DNA of 64,000 nt, taken from contig JAGVFW010000013.1 in NCBI GenBank assembly GCA_020057405.1, positions 23,144 through 87,143 on the forward strand, read 5' to 3'. Of this stretch, positions 9,176-18,762 are shown one piece after another. Within the stretch, counting starts at the first letter, position 1. Each line of letters begins with the position of its first letter. Both the position numbers and the translations under genes were made by a program. The notes beneath the pieces are model-generated. The model was not told where the DNA came from and did not search any database. It was given only the letters and a program-made list of their open reading frames with translations. The stretch comes from an archaeon (lineage in GTDB: Archaea; Micrarchaeota; Micrarchaeia; Norongarragalinales; UBA97).

Positions 9176-9670
9176 ATGAAAGCGTTTATCACCGCAGTAA
9201 AGAGTAGGGATTTTGAGAAAGTGCGGCGAGCGCTGCCCGAGCTTAGTCTAAATGCCCCGGGAAATAAGAGATTCAACCTTAGCGGCAACTGGTTAGTGGC
9301 ACACGTCGACAAGCTAACGCGCGCGCTGCCGGGACCGGAAATCAGAAAAAATAACAAAATGGGCAAAAACTACGAGCTGAGGAAAAAAGTACTGGGGGCG
9401 CTGCTTGGCGAGGCCGTGATGCGCCACCTAGGCATAACCGGGCAGGAACGCGAAAAGGTCAGGGACGTGATTGCCCAAAGGATAGTTTCCGAATCTAGCG
9501 ACATCGACGAGAGCGACTTGGCTGAGGAAACGATGATGAGGGTATATGCGAAATTCAGCGAGCTCAAGACCCAGTTAAACGGCATGCGGACAAGGCATCG
9601 GATAAACGACGCGAAGCATTACGAAGTGTGGGACCACGCCTCAAAGGCCGCAATCTACTTCACGCCCTGA
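9176..9670 (+). CDS. hypothetical protein (164 aa)
   Basis: ORF only. Confidence 0.35.
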   Translation: MKAFITAVKSRDFEKVRRALPELSLNAPGNKRFNLSGNWLVAHVDKLTRALPGPEIRKNNKMGKNYELRKKVLGALLGEAVMRHLGITGQEREKVRDVIAQRIVSESSDIDESDLAEETMMRVYAKFSELKTQLNGMRTRHRINDAKHYEVWDHASKAAIYFTP

Positions 9671-9743
9671 GGCGAAACCCAAGACTAACCCTTAAAACGC
9701 TTGCCGGGCTAATAGTTGTTTAAACCGCTTTAGGCGGAAAAAG

Positions 9744-10310
9744 GTGAATTTGTTGAAGAACTATCCCTCGCCACTCAAACTCAACTTAGGCTGCCACTTC
9801 AAGAAACTGGACGGTTTTGTGAATGTCGACTTTGACAAGGAAGTCAAGCCCGAAGTCGTCTGGGACCTAAACAAGATGCCCTGGCCGTTTAAGGCAGGCA
9901 GCGTCGACTACATCAACGGCGACGGCGTCCTAGAGCACCTGGGCTACCTCGACCCCGTGTTTGCCGAGCTCTCGCGCATACTTAAAGTCGGAGGCGAGGC
10001 GTACTTCAGCGTCCCTTACGTGACTAACGCGTACTCCATTTCCTTGATGAACTACACGAAGTGGCACAACCACACGCACATCGGCTTCATCCACGACAGC
10101 TTCGACAGGTTGTGCGAAATCAACGGCATGGAAGTCTACAAGAGGCAAATCGCGTTTGCCAGGCCGTACCAGTGGCTTGGACTGCAATGGCTCTTCAACA
10201 AGATTCCCGGCATCTACAACCACTTTTTCCTCTTCAGCTACCCCGCCCACGAGTTGCGCGTGTGGGTGAGGAAAAAAGAGCAAGTCAAGAAAAAAGAGTT
10301 CCACAACTAG
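9744..10310 (+). CDS. class I SAM-dependent methyltransferase
   Basis: LNLGCH…VNVDFD…DGVLEHL…LKVGGEAYFSVP is the methyltransferase motif I / post-I / II pattern. Confidence 0.6.
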   Translation: MNLLKNYPSPLKLNLGCHFKKLDGFVNVDFDKEVKPEVVWDLNKMPWPFKAGSVDYINGDGVLEHLGYLDPVFAELSRILKVGGEAYFSVPYVTNAYSISLMNYTKWHNHTHIGFIHDSFDRLCEINGMEVYKRQIAFARPYQWLGLQWLFNKIPGIYNHFFLFSYPAHELRVWVRKKEQVKKKEFHN

Positions 10311-10377
10311 GGCGGAAAGCGCTTCCACAAGCGTTTAAATCACATTTCCCGCCCAAATAACTAAGCTGCTTCTAGAC

Positions 10378-10451
10378 GCCGCAGTAACTCAGCCTGGGAG
10401 AGTGATCGCCTGAAGAGCGATTTGTCGGGTGTTCAAATCACCCCTGCGGCA
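10378..10451 (+). tRNA. tRNA-Phe (anticodon GAA); integration target of the downstream element
   Basis: GCCGCAG acceptor, D-arm ACUC/GAGU, anticodon stem AUCGC/GCGAU with loop CUGAAGA, T-loop UUCAAAU. Confidence 0.85.
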
Positions 10452-10454
10452 TTC
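10434..10454 (+). repeat. attL (tRNA-Phe 3' end copy of the 21-bp core)
   Basis: Exact 21-nt match to 15771-15791. Confidence 0.75.
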
Positions 10455-10502
10455 CCTTTTTCTTGAAAGTTGGGGAGAACAACTTTTCTCCCCATCAACA
10501 GT

Positions 10503-11006
10503 TCAAACTCGCCCTAATGCCTCCCTTCTTCGAAAATAAACTCTACCTACCTGTTCCCTAGAGGGCGAGTCTATTTTTTCCATAAAATCCTCCCACTTAA
10601 GTTGCGAGCCTATGCAGACAAGGACATCGTTACCGTATGCCTCGAAATTCGTATTATAAAACTGGGAGGTATTAGCCGGCTGTTGATGCCAAGGATAGTC
10701 CTTTAGAATCTTTAATTCCCCGTATTGCTTCGTAACGAAATAGACGTCAACAGTGTTTCCGTCTTTTGTGTCTTGACGAACTTGAATGAACAAATTAGAA
10801 CCGCAGTCTGGCGCTATTTCCGCAACAAGCTGCGTACCGTTTTGGCGTAAATATCCAAATGCAACAATAGAAGCAGAGTCGGCGTAAGATTCGGCCCTTA
10901 GGTAGAATGGCATGGAGTCAATAAGACTGCCGGAGTTAACCACTAGTTTTTCGTCACCTTCGCTGTAGAACGGTTTCTTGATAGCTATGGCCAAGGCATT
11001 CACCAC
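10503..11006 (-). CDS. hypothetical protein (167 aa), immediately downstream of the integrase
   Basis: ORF abuts the integrase stop. No recognisable domain. Confidence 0.4.
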   Translation of the reverse strand: MVNALAIAIKKPFYSEGDEKLVVNSGSLIDSMPFYLRAESYADSASIVAFGYLRQNGTQLVAEIAPDCGSNLFIQVRQDTKDGNTVDVYFVTKQYGELKILKDYPWHQQPANTSQFYNTNFEAYGNDVLVCIGSQLKWEDFMEKIDSPSREQVGRVYFRRREALGRV

Positions 11007-12155
11007 CTATTTTTCTGATGGCAGGAGCAATTTTAAGCTCCTCATGGACTGCTGAAAACCACTCCACGCTCCTCTCCTCATTAGCTCTTGTTGGAAGTGT
11101 TTCTTGTTGCTGCCGTCTTGAAGGTAGACGGCCATTGCGTGAATTATTGTTGCAAGGTCGGCGTCAATTCTCGTCGGGTCATTCTTTCCATAAAGCTCTT
11201 CGAACTTTTCCTGCACTAGGTAACGGTCGGCGTGAACGTACCTGGCCGTCATGTCCGAGTCCGGCCTCCAACCGAAGTAATACTTTAGCTGCTGGTCAGT
11301 CAGGTGCTTGGCCATTTCGCTTGCCCTGGCGTGCCGCCATGAATGCGGATTGAGTTTCTTGTTAATTCCCGCAAGTTTCTGTAGGCGAGCAATAGTGTTA
11401 CAAGCGGCGGCGTAAGACAATTGCTTGCCCCATCCGTTAAGCCACAGGGGAACGTTGGAATTTTTCTCGAACTTCCTCGGGTGAACGTCAAGATATACCT
11501 GCATGAATTCCAAGGCCAACGGCCAGCCAACTGGCACAATCCTTTCACCAGTCTTGCCGTCTAGCCTAACGAGCGTCTCGTTTCCTTCCTTGAAGACATC
11601 ACTTACTTTCAGGTTGAGCATTTCGCCGATGCGGGCGCCCGTAGCGTAAAGAAGAGAGATGAACGCCTTTTCCTGCAGGCTAGCGGTTTGGTCGATTATG
11701 CGCTTTACTTCCTCTTCTGAAATCAGTTTTGACGGGTGAAGTAACGCCGGATGAGGCTTTGCCATGTAGAAGTTGTCAAGTATGCCAGGGTAGCGTTTCC
11801 CTTCGCCTAACAGCCATTTATAGAAAGTGCGAGTGGTTAGGAAGAGGTCAAACTTGTAGGGTTCAGAAATCGGCTTGCCTCTCTTGGCAGTTGCCTGCCT
11901 TATCTTGCGGGCAAGCTCCTCCAGGTCGTCTTTGGTAGCGTCCTTGAAATGCTTGCCTAGAAGGTCAGAAATCTTGCGCAGTTGCCAAGAGCGCTTAAAC
12001 CGGAGTCGCAGGCTTTTTCCCTGCGCTTCCAGATAAGCTAGGTAGCGTTTCGCCAGTTCTGCTTCCTCAGGCTGCATCGCTTTGAAGGCGGTAAACTGCC
12101 TCGCAATCATCCGTTCCCCTTGCTCCAATTGTTCCGAGTTCATCTTCTCCACCAA
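11007..12155 (-). CDS. int: tyrosine recombinase/integrase (intact, non-partitioned type)
   Basis: The C-terminal catalytic region has …HSWRHARASE… (HxxR) and …RYVHADRY… (catalytic Tyr). There is an N-terminal SAM-like domain. Confidence 0.85.
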   Translation of the reverse strand: MVEKMNSEQLEQGERMIARQFTAFKAMQPEEAELAKRYLAYLEAQGKSLRLRFKRSWQLRKISDLLGKHFKDATKDDLEELARKIRQATAKRGKPISEPYKFDLFLTTRTFYKWLLGEGKRYPGILDNFYMAKPHPALLHPSKLISEEEVKRIIDQTASLQEKAFISLLYATGARIGEMLNLKVSDVFKEGNETLVRLDGKTGERIVPVGWPLALEFMQVYLDVHPRKFEKNSNVPLWLNGWGKQLSYAAACNTIARLQKLAGINKKLNPHSWRHARASEMAKHLTDQQLKYYFGWRPDSDMTARYVHADRYLVQEKFEELYGKNDPTRIDADLATIIHAMAVYLQDGSNKKHFQQELMRRGAWSGFQQSMRSLKLLLPSEK

Positions 12156-12379
12156 ACGCCACTACCAATTCAATTACCGCCTGCACCACCGTTTTTGAAA
12201 CTGCCATCCAAAACCACCTCCGCAAAACGCTTTTTGCAATAGAAGAGCAAATGAAATGCCTCAGGCTCAGAGAGTTCTTGTCTGCAAAGCGAGCACTTCA
12301 TTCGACTTACCTCTTTACCTACATACCTATAGTAGTATAACGATAGGTGTATTTAAGGCTTTCGGTATATAGGTATGAT

Positions 12380-12517
12380 ATGGCACGTGTGAAAACTAGT
12401 ATTTCAATCGATGAGGAAACCTGGAAGGAGTTTCGCAAGAAGTGCATCGACGTAGGTAAAGATGCCAGCACAGTTCTCGAGGAACTCATGCATCGGTGGT
12501 TAAAGGAAAAAAGCTAG
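12380..12517 (+). CDS. ribbon-helix-helix (CopG/Arc-like) DNA-binding protein, 45 aa; not in the ORF track
   Basis: MARVKTSISIDEETWKEFRKKCIDVGKDASTVLEELMHRWLKEKS is the β-strand then two-helix RHH pattern. It is divergent from the integrase. Confidence 0.6.
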   Translation: MARVKTSISIDEETWKEFRKKCIDVGKDASTVLEELMHRWLKEKS

Positions 12518-12544
12518 CCTCATTTTGAAGTTTTTGGTGAAATA

Positions 12545-13714
12545 ATGGCTGTTGAAGAAACGCTTCGGGTCGTCGAAGAAATGGATCGCGACAAAGGCAA
12601 ACGCGTAGCTAGAGTTAGTAGAGAGACAATGCAAAAATTGTCTCTTGAAACCGGGGACCGAATCAAAATTGTCGGCAAGAAAACAACCCTCGGGCTCGTC
12701 TTACCAGCACACACAGAAGACGAAAAACTCGATATCATTAGAATTAGCGACATTTTGAGAGCATCCGCGGCAGTTGAACTTAACCAATTAGTTAAAATAT
12801 CAAAAATCGATGGCGAAATAGCTAGTCTAGTCGTATTAGCACCAAAACAACCAACTGCCTACGCGCCCGGATTTGACCAGTACGTCAAAAAGAATCTCAT
12901 CGGCAAGCCTATCGAGACTGGAGAAATAGTTGAGATAAAAGTGTATGAAACTAGCTATCCATTTACCGTCATAACAACTGTTCCCGACAGTGTTGTCGTA
13001 GTTAGTTATGAAACCGAAGTAAAACTAAGTACCGAACCGTCTGGGATGATTGACTCAAAAATATTCAGAGATAGAAAGTTTTTAGAAAGAAAATTAAAGT
13101 TTTTGAAAAACCGAACGAATAAGTCCAAGGCCGTATTGACAACGGAGTGGGGTTTGACCGGAATAAACATTACCGGAAATATAATCCAACTCAATGAAGA
13201 TGGATTTAAACAATTGAACGTAACAACTGGAGACATAGTTGAAATCACTAACCAGTTTGACTCGGATTCATTAGAACAAAAAACGGTTTTAGCTAGAGTC
13301 GAACCAATTACCGTCGGAAAATTCAATTTTGCAAGAATGCCGGAGAGTATTAAGGACGAATTAATTCTTTCAAGTTCATCAAAAAATATTGAAATCCGAA
13401 AATCAACGCTTAAACCGGCTAAGAAAATAGCGCTAGTTCGTCAATCGTTCGGACACGCATTTTTACCATCAGATTACGAAATTAATCTCCTTAAATTAGA
13501 CTCGATGTTAGACCGATTATTGTTGCCCGGAGATTCTTTCGACGTTGCCGTAAAGAATTCCAGCATTCCATTAGTTGTTGAAAAAATCGAGCCCATCGGC
13601 CCTACCATTGTAACAAAGGACACAATCGTCGAATTTACTGAAAAGCCATTAAATCACAACCAGCTTCTTGAAGATTTCCAAGCATTACGACAATATCTAC
13701 AAAACAAAGCCTGA
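12545..13714 (+). CDS. stand-alone tandem Cdc48/VAT N-domain-like (double-psi barrel) protein with no ATPase domain
   Basis: …VARVSRETMQKLSLETGDRIKIVGKK… and a second …NVTTGDIVEITNQ… module resemble the CDC48_N fold. The gene is AT-rich. Confidence 0.45.
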   Translation: MAVEETLRVVEEMDRDKGKRVARVSRETMQKLSLETGDRIKIVGKKTTLGLVLPAHTEDEKLDIIRISDILRASAAVELNQLVKISKIDGEIASLVVLAPKQPTAYAPGFDQYVKKNLIGKPIETGEIVEIKVYETSYPFTVITTVPDSVVVVSYETEVKLSTEPSGMIDSKIFRDRKFLERKLKFLKNRTNKSKAVLTTEWGLTGINITGNIIQLNEDGFKQLNVTTGDIVEITNQFDSDSLEQKTVLARVEPITVGKFNFARMPESIKDELILSSSSKNIEIRKSTLKPAKKIALVRQSFGHAFLPSDYEINLLKLDSMLDRLLLPGDSFDVAVKNSSIPLVVEKIEPIGPTIVTKDTIVEFTEKPLNHNQLLEDFQALRQYLQNKA

Positions 13715-13782
13715 GTTAAACACAAAATAGCGTCCACTACTACCAACCATTAACTTTAAATTAACCTATCATTAAATAGTTA

Positions 13783-15165
13783 ATGATAACCGTGGACATT
13801 GCAACCCTGAAAAAATTGATTGAGTCCGGCGAGGGCAACACCGTAGAATTTCAGCAAGCTGTAGCAAAGGACACGGGCCGAACTATATGTGCTTTCGCCA
13901 ATACCGATGGCGGCCACCTGATTATTGGAGTGGAAAAGAATGGCGGAATCGTGGGACTTGAACGGGCAAAGTTAGATGACCTCCAACAAGCTGTTTCAAA
14001 CTCCTACAAAATTTGTAGCCCCGTTCCGTTAACACAAGTAGGCACCGTAGAAATCGACGGTAAGTATGTCCTAGTTATTTCAACCGCAAAGCTGGGGGAT
14101 GGCGTATGCTATTACGCAGATGAAATTTTGCTTAGGGTTGGAAGCACCAACCATAAACTCACCGGGCCAGCCATCGAAGAGTTTCTACGAAAAAATCGCG
14201 TAATCAACTTTGACTGGACGCGAAGTTCGGCCAAACTTCAAGACGTAGATACAGAAAAAATGAAAAAGTACATGAACCGTAGGTCGCCAAATTATTTGTT
14301 CGACCCTGCCAGCGAAAAGGCTTTAAAAAACCTCCTTATTTCGCTTCATTTGGCGGGAGAAAACGGCGACTTTTACGTAAGGAATGGCGGCGTCCTGTTC
14401 TTCGCCAAGCACCCTGAAACTTTTATCCCGCAAAACAAGGTGAAGTTAGTCCGATTCAAGGGCAAAATACCAGTGGACGTGTTGGACATACTCGTCCTAC
14501 AAAATACGCTTGTGGAAAATATCGAGGAAAGCCTGGCCTTTATCCGCCGAAGCACCCGCAAGAGCTACGAAATAAAGAACCTTGAACGAGAAGAAAAAAC
14601 TGAGTACCCTGAAATCGCAATCAGGGAAGCAATAGTCAACGCCCTCGTCCATCGCGACTACTTCAGCTCTGCCGTGGTACAGGTCAATGTCTTTGACGAC
14701 AGGATAGACATTGCAAACCCCGGAATGCTCCCAACAGGAATAAGCCCCGAGGATTTGTCATCACTTGGACTAGGAGTGCCACGTAACCCAATCATCTACC
14801 AGATGTTGATAGACATCAAGGTGGTTGAAGGCATAGGAACCGGCATTCCACGAATGATTTCGGCAATGCGGGACGCAGGATTGCCAGATCCCGAGTTCAG
14901 ACAATTGGGTCCATTGTTCAAAACCACGCTGTTTAACGCCTTCCCCAACCAAGCAGGCAATCTCAACGTCAGGCAAAGGCGCTCCCTGATTTACTTGAAG
15001 GATAACAGCATCATCACCGCACCACAGTACCGAAAAATGTTCAAGATAAGCCACCCAATCGCAGTCGACGACCTCAACAAGCTCATCAAGCTCGGACTCG
15101 TCAAGAAGAGAGGGCGGGGACCGGCAACGGCCTACGTACTAGCAAAACCTAAAATAAAGCAATAA
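13783..15165 (+). CDS. AlbA_2 (Schlafen-like) domain ATP-binding protein / putative transcription regulator
   Basis: The N-terminus, …GEGNTVEFQQAV…AFANTDGGHLIIGV…, is the AlbA_2 signature. A C-terminal HATPase_c_4-like region plus an HTH-like end follow. Confidence 0.6.
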   Translation: MITVDIATLKKLIESGEGNTVEFQQAVAKDTGRTICAFANTDGGHLIIGVEKNGGIVGLERAKLDDLQQAVSNSYKICSPVPLTQVGTVEIDGKYVLVISTAKLGDGVCYYADEILLRVGSTNHKLTGPAIEEFLRKNRVINFDWTRSSAKLQDVDTEKMKKYMNRRSPNYLFDPASEKALKNLLISLHLAGENGDFYVRNGGVLFFAKHPETFIPQNKVKLVRFKGKIPVDVLDILVLQNTLVENIEESLAFIRRSTRKSYEIKNLEREEKTEYPEIAIREAIVNALVHRDYFSSAVVQVNVFDDRIDIANPGMLPTGISPEDLSSLGLGVPRNPIIYQMLIDIKVVEGIGTGIPRMISAMRDAGLPDPEFRQLGPLFKTTLFNAFPNQAGNLNVRQRRSLIYLKDNSIITAPQYRKMFKISHPIAVDDLNKLIKLGLVKKRGRGPATAYVLAKPKIKQ

Positions 15166-15224
15166 TTAAGAACCTAAAGATAGGTTAATAAATACTTAAA
15201 GATACAATAATCTGGGAAGCAGAA

Positions 15225-15476
15225 ATGGAAATAACTGGAATTAAGCTTTTTGACAAACCGAACATAGCGCTTACTTTCGTCTTTAATGGAAATCAGAGGC
15301 AGGAAGTAAGCTTTAACTTGCTTGGAATAATTCTCATCGCCCTAAGCTTGTTCATCCTGGTTTTTTCAGAGTCATTCCCTCAGCCGATACAGGGGTGGTT
15401 TCAAAGTCTGGGGGCGGCAATGCTGATAGCTGGAATCGTAATTTACGGACTAACTAAAAAACAAAAAGGCAAGTAA
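15225..15476 (+). CDS. small membrane protein (2 TM)
   Basis: Hydrophobic. Lies inside the element. Confidence 0.35.
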   Translation: MEITGIKLFDKPNIALTFVFNGNQRQEVSFNLLGIILIALSLFILVFSESFPQPIQGWFQSLGAAMLIAGIVIYGLTKKQKGK

Positions 15477-15478
15477 CC

Positions 15479-15715
15479 ATGTTGCAAGAGCTACTTCAAT
15501 CAAAAAATCCCCTGATAAAAATAGTGACGATAACCGCGATTGGTTTAGTCGTCTTCATAGTCTTCGGGATTCTCTCAATCATCCTCCTGCCCTGGATAGC
15601 CCAAAAGCAGGGAGCGACTCTTGGTCCTCAGGAGTGGCTTGCGTTCTACACTAACCTACTTGCCGGAATTGCCACCAGCATTACCATCGGTATACTGTTC
15701 TTTCTTCAAAAATAG
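15479..15715 (+). CDS. small membrane protein (2 TM)
   Basis: Hydrophobic. Lies inside the element and is adjacent to the previous ORF. Confidence 0.35.
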   Translation: MLQELLQSKNPLIKIVTITAIGLVVFIVFGILSIILLPWIAQKQGATLGPQEWLAFYTNLLAGIATSITIGILFFLQK

Positions 15716-15770
15716 TCAAATACCGTCGGCGTTCTATGCCTCCGGTTCTCCCCGTCTTTTGACTTTTGGG

Positions 15771-15791
15771 CAAATCACCCCTGCGGCATTC
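15771..15791 (+). repeat. attR (distal copy of the 21-bp core)
   Basis: Exact 21-nt match to the tRNA-Phe 3' end. Confidence 0.75.
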
Positions 15792-15881
15792 TAATACGAT
15801 AGCGTAATGCCTCCACGAGCTCTACAGCGGCAGCTCGTACGGATAAACCAATAAATACGGCTTTTCAAATAGCTTGATACG

Positions 15882-17360
15882 ATGAAAAGCTTGGAAACAC
15901 CATCGATTGCGCGTTTTCTATTGCTTGCTGCAATAATGATTTTGATTTCGCTTATGCTGACGAACTCGGAGTTTACAGGAAAAAGCACGGGCGGAGTTGT
16001 TTTGAATCTTCCGAATTTAAACCCTGGCGCCATAATTCAAACTACGCCGGGCCCCAGTCCCACCGCGTCGCCGCAACCCTCCCCGTCTCCCACGCCCCGA
16101 CCTACTCCTTCGCCCAGCCCCTCGACAACTCCGAGCCCGTCTCCAAGCGTTTCACCAAGCCCCAGTCCCTCTCCCACGCCAACTCCAAATCCGGACTTCG
16201 CGTGTGGGGTTAATGAAAGCGGAAAGACGAAGCGCTTCGTTTCATCCTGCGGCGACTTGAATCAGTCGAACAGCGCCTATTTCCTCACGCGAGACATCAT
16301 CAACTCTAACAACGAATACTGTTTCACCATCTCGGCCGACAACGTTGTTCTTGATTGCGGCAACCGCCGGATTGACGGCGACGGTTCCGGTTACGCGGCA
16401 ATCTTTGCCAAATCTAGGACTAATATAAGCGTAGTCAAGTGCAGCATGACTGACTGGTTCTACGGCGTGGAGGGAGAGTCTATCGGCAAAAGCGCCTTTT
16501 CCTGCAACAAATTCTCGAACCACATGTATGGCGGATTGCAATTCGACCGCGTTACGGACTCGGCAGCATTCAACAACACGTTCCTTTCTGGAGTTTATCA
16601 AGCGGCCGAATTAATGCGCTCTAACCGCAATTCATTTAATGAAAACAGCATTTTGAACGGCTTTGTCGGAGCACTGCTGACTCGGTCGTCACTCAATACG
16701 TTTTACAAAAACAAGTTCATCGGCCCCACCCAGCCCATAACCCTGATAGAAAACTCGAATGCGAACATCGTATCGGAAAACACGCTTAATGGCCCCGTAA
16801 ATCCAGGCATACTCGTCATCAATAGCCGCTCTAACACGCTCGAACTGAATAAGATCACTTCGGGAAGCGGAGCGCACTTGATTGACCTGCTTGTTGCAAA
16901 CGGTACCTCGATTCGAGACAACTATTTGGTACCTGCTCCTGGAGCGGCTGCAATCCGACTAGATCGATCCCAAAGCAATACATTGCTCAGAAACAAGATA
17001 GTGGGAAGCCAACTCTGTCCGGAGGGAATCTTGGTTGGCGAAGCAGGTGACGAGCAGCCTTCCAAGTTAAACACTATCGCCTATAACGACATTACGGGCT
17101 GCTTGTTCGGCCTCAACATCGATAACTCTGACGCGGACCGGATTATTTCAAACAAAATAGCCGGCTTCGGTATTAGCGGCATTTTCCTTACGCTGTCCAG
17201 CAACGAGTACTTGGCGTCAAATCGTGTTTGTGGCGCCAAATTTCCTAACGCCGACATTAGTGCGGAATCCTCTAGCGGCACGGGCAGGGAAAACACTTGC
17301 GACACTACTTCTTATTGGAACGACCAGGGACAAACCGGCTGCACATACCGGTGCAGCTAG
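15882..17360 (+). CDS. secreted right-handed parallel β-helix repeat protein (NosD/pectate-lyase-like) with a Pro/Ser/Thr-rich linker
   Basis: N-terminal TM/signal segment, then a PTPSPSP… linker, then repeated N/G/S-rich β-helix repeats (…NNTF…N.I.N…). Confidence 0.6.
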   Translation: MKSLETPSIARFLLLAAIMILISLMLTNSEFTGKSTGGVVLNLPNLNPGAIIQTTPGPSPTASPQPSPSPTPRPTPSPSPSTTPSPSPSVSPSPSPSPTPTPNPDFACGVNESGKTKRFVSSCGDLNQSNSAYFLTRDIINSNNEYCFTISADNVVLDCGNRRIDGDGSGYAAIFAKSRTNISVVKCSMTDWFYGVEGESIGKSAFSCNKFSNHMYGGLQFDRVTDSAAFNNTFLSGVYQAAELMRSNRNSFNENSILNGFVGALLTRSSLNTFYKNKFIGPTQPITLIENSNANIVSENTLNGPVNPGILVINSRSNTLELNKITSGSGAHLIDLLVANGTSIRDNYLVPAPGAAAIRLDRSQSNTLLRNKIVGSQLCPEGILVGEAGDEQPSKLNTIAYNDITGCLFGLNIDNSDADRIISNKIAGFGISGIFLTLSSNEYLASNRVCGAKFPNADISAESSSGTGRENTCDTTSYWNDQGQTGCTYRCS

Positions 17361-17574
17361 GCCGTTTAGCCTAGAACTAAATGAAACACGTCAATCAGAA
17401 TGCTAGTCTCACCGTGCTTTGGAAGTGCATCACTTGCTCCAACCAATGCATTCTGCTCGTTTCTCCCGGAATGAGGGCATCGTTATAGCGTAGTGTACCG
17501 CGCCCCTGCGGCACCCTAATTTTCTTAGACGTTTAAGCGCCTGCGAACGCGGGTTTAATAGGCGCGTCCGGCAC

Positions 17575-17895
17575 TTGACCTCGGGGATAGTTTCTATGTT
17601 TGGCCTTGACGAGTACGCGAAAAAGAAAGCCAAAGAAATAGAGGCAAAGCTCGCCCGAACGATAATGCTGGTTCAGGTGTTCGTCTTTGTCGCAGTTGCC
17701 TCGGTTGGCCTTCTTATTGGCTCTTTTTTCCTAGAGTCGGTTGAGCTAACTGAAATAGGCGTCGTCCTCGTAATTGCGGCAGCCGCTGCAGTTATGGTTG
17801 GCTCAAGGCTCTGGCGGATTTACAACGAGATAAAACAGGAAGCCCTCAGCTTCGTCGAAGACCAAAAAAGAAAGATTTCCGGGACGCAGAAGTAA
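17575..17895 (+). CDS. small membrane protein
   Basis: Two hydrophobic helices. ORF only. Confidence 0.35.
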   Translation: MTSGIVSMFGLDEYAKKKAKEIEAKLARTIMLVQVFVFVAVASVGLLIGSFFLESVELTEIGVVLVIAAAAAVMVGSRLWRIYNEIKQEALSFVEDQKRKISGTQK

Positions 17896-18243
17896 ACTAC
17901 CCGCAACGCATTAGAAAATCGCCGCCCGTTATTTCTTCGGTTTTCGCTTGTGCGCCCCCTCCGACACCCTATTAACTTGCAGGGACTAAATTTCTTTTAT
18001 GAAACACGGATTCCGCAAGGTTTGGGAACTTGATGCCGATACTCCGTTTCTAGGACGGGCTGAAAAAGTCATCATAATAAATGACAAGAAGCTGCTTGAG
18101 GGCGCCGAACAATATAGAAAATTGAATTTGCGCAACTTCGAAGTCGACCTTTTGATTTCAGAAGCTCCGCAAACCCACCTGAATCAGATAGGCGAACTGC
18201 GCGGAAAGATTTACCCCTGAGGCGATTCCGGTTACGCTTTGGC

Positions 18244-18654
18244 TTAGGGCGCGTGGCGGAGGATTTCGTGGTTTGCCGGCCGCTTGCCGCCCAATTCCTT
18301 TAGCGCCGTGACTGCTTCCTTTGGCACACCCTTGAGGACGATGTTGACGCGGTGAGGCAACGTTCCATCCTCGTCGTGCGTCTTTGCGACAAAATGGCGT
18401 GACTTGGAATCCCATTCGCGCACTTCAATATGGTGCACCGCAATGCCTGGTTTTTCGGTCCCGGGCCAATGGTCTTCGACAATTTTTTTCAGCTCTTGCT
18501 GCACGGAATTTCCGGAACCCTTAACGTTCATCTCGTGCTCGACGACTTTCCCGACTCCGTCAATGTCGAAAGAGAGCGTCCACGCGTTGTGGGGCTTCTC
18601 GTGCTTTAGCTCCATTACTTTTTTCCAAAACGCGACGTAAGGATTTGCCTTCAT
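18244..18654 (-). CDS. hypothetical protein (136 aa)
   Basis: ORF only. Confidence 0.35.
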   Translation of the reverse strand: MKANPYVAFWKKVMELKHEKPHNAWTLSFDIDGVGKVVEHEMNVKGSGNSVQQELKKIVEDHWPGTEKPGIAVHHIEVREWDSKSRHFVAKTHDEDGTLPHRVNIVLKGVPKEAVTALKELGGKRPANHEILRHAP

Positions 18655-18762
18655 TAAAAATCAACCCGAAGCACTAATGATTTGCAGCCATTAATAAAAC
18701 AACAGCCGGACCATGACCCCTATTTCCGCAAGTTTAAATTCTGGCCCGCACTGCGTTTCCCG

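Larger units (their letters stand above)
10434..15791. mobile_element. integrated element (~5.3 kb) at tRNA-Phe, bounded by a 21-bp direct repeat
   Basis: CAAATCACCCCTGCGGCATTC occurs at the tRNA 3' end (10434-10454) and again at 15771-15791. The interior encodes a tyrosine integrase adjacent to the tRNA, is AT-rich, and its remaining ORFs are the small/hypothetical, TA- or regulator-like type usually found on such elements. Confidence 0.75.
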
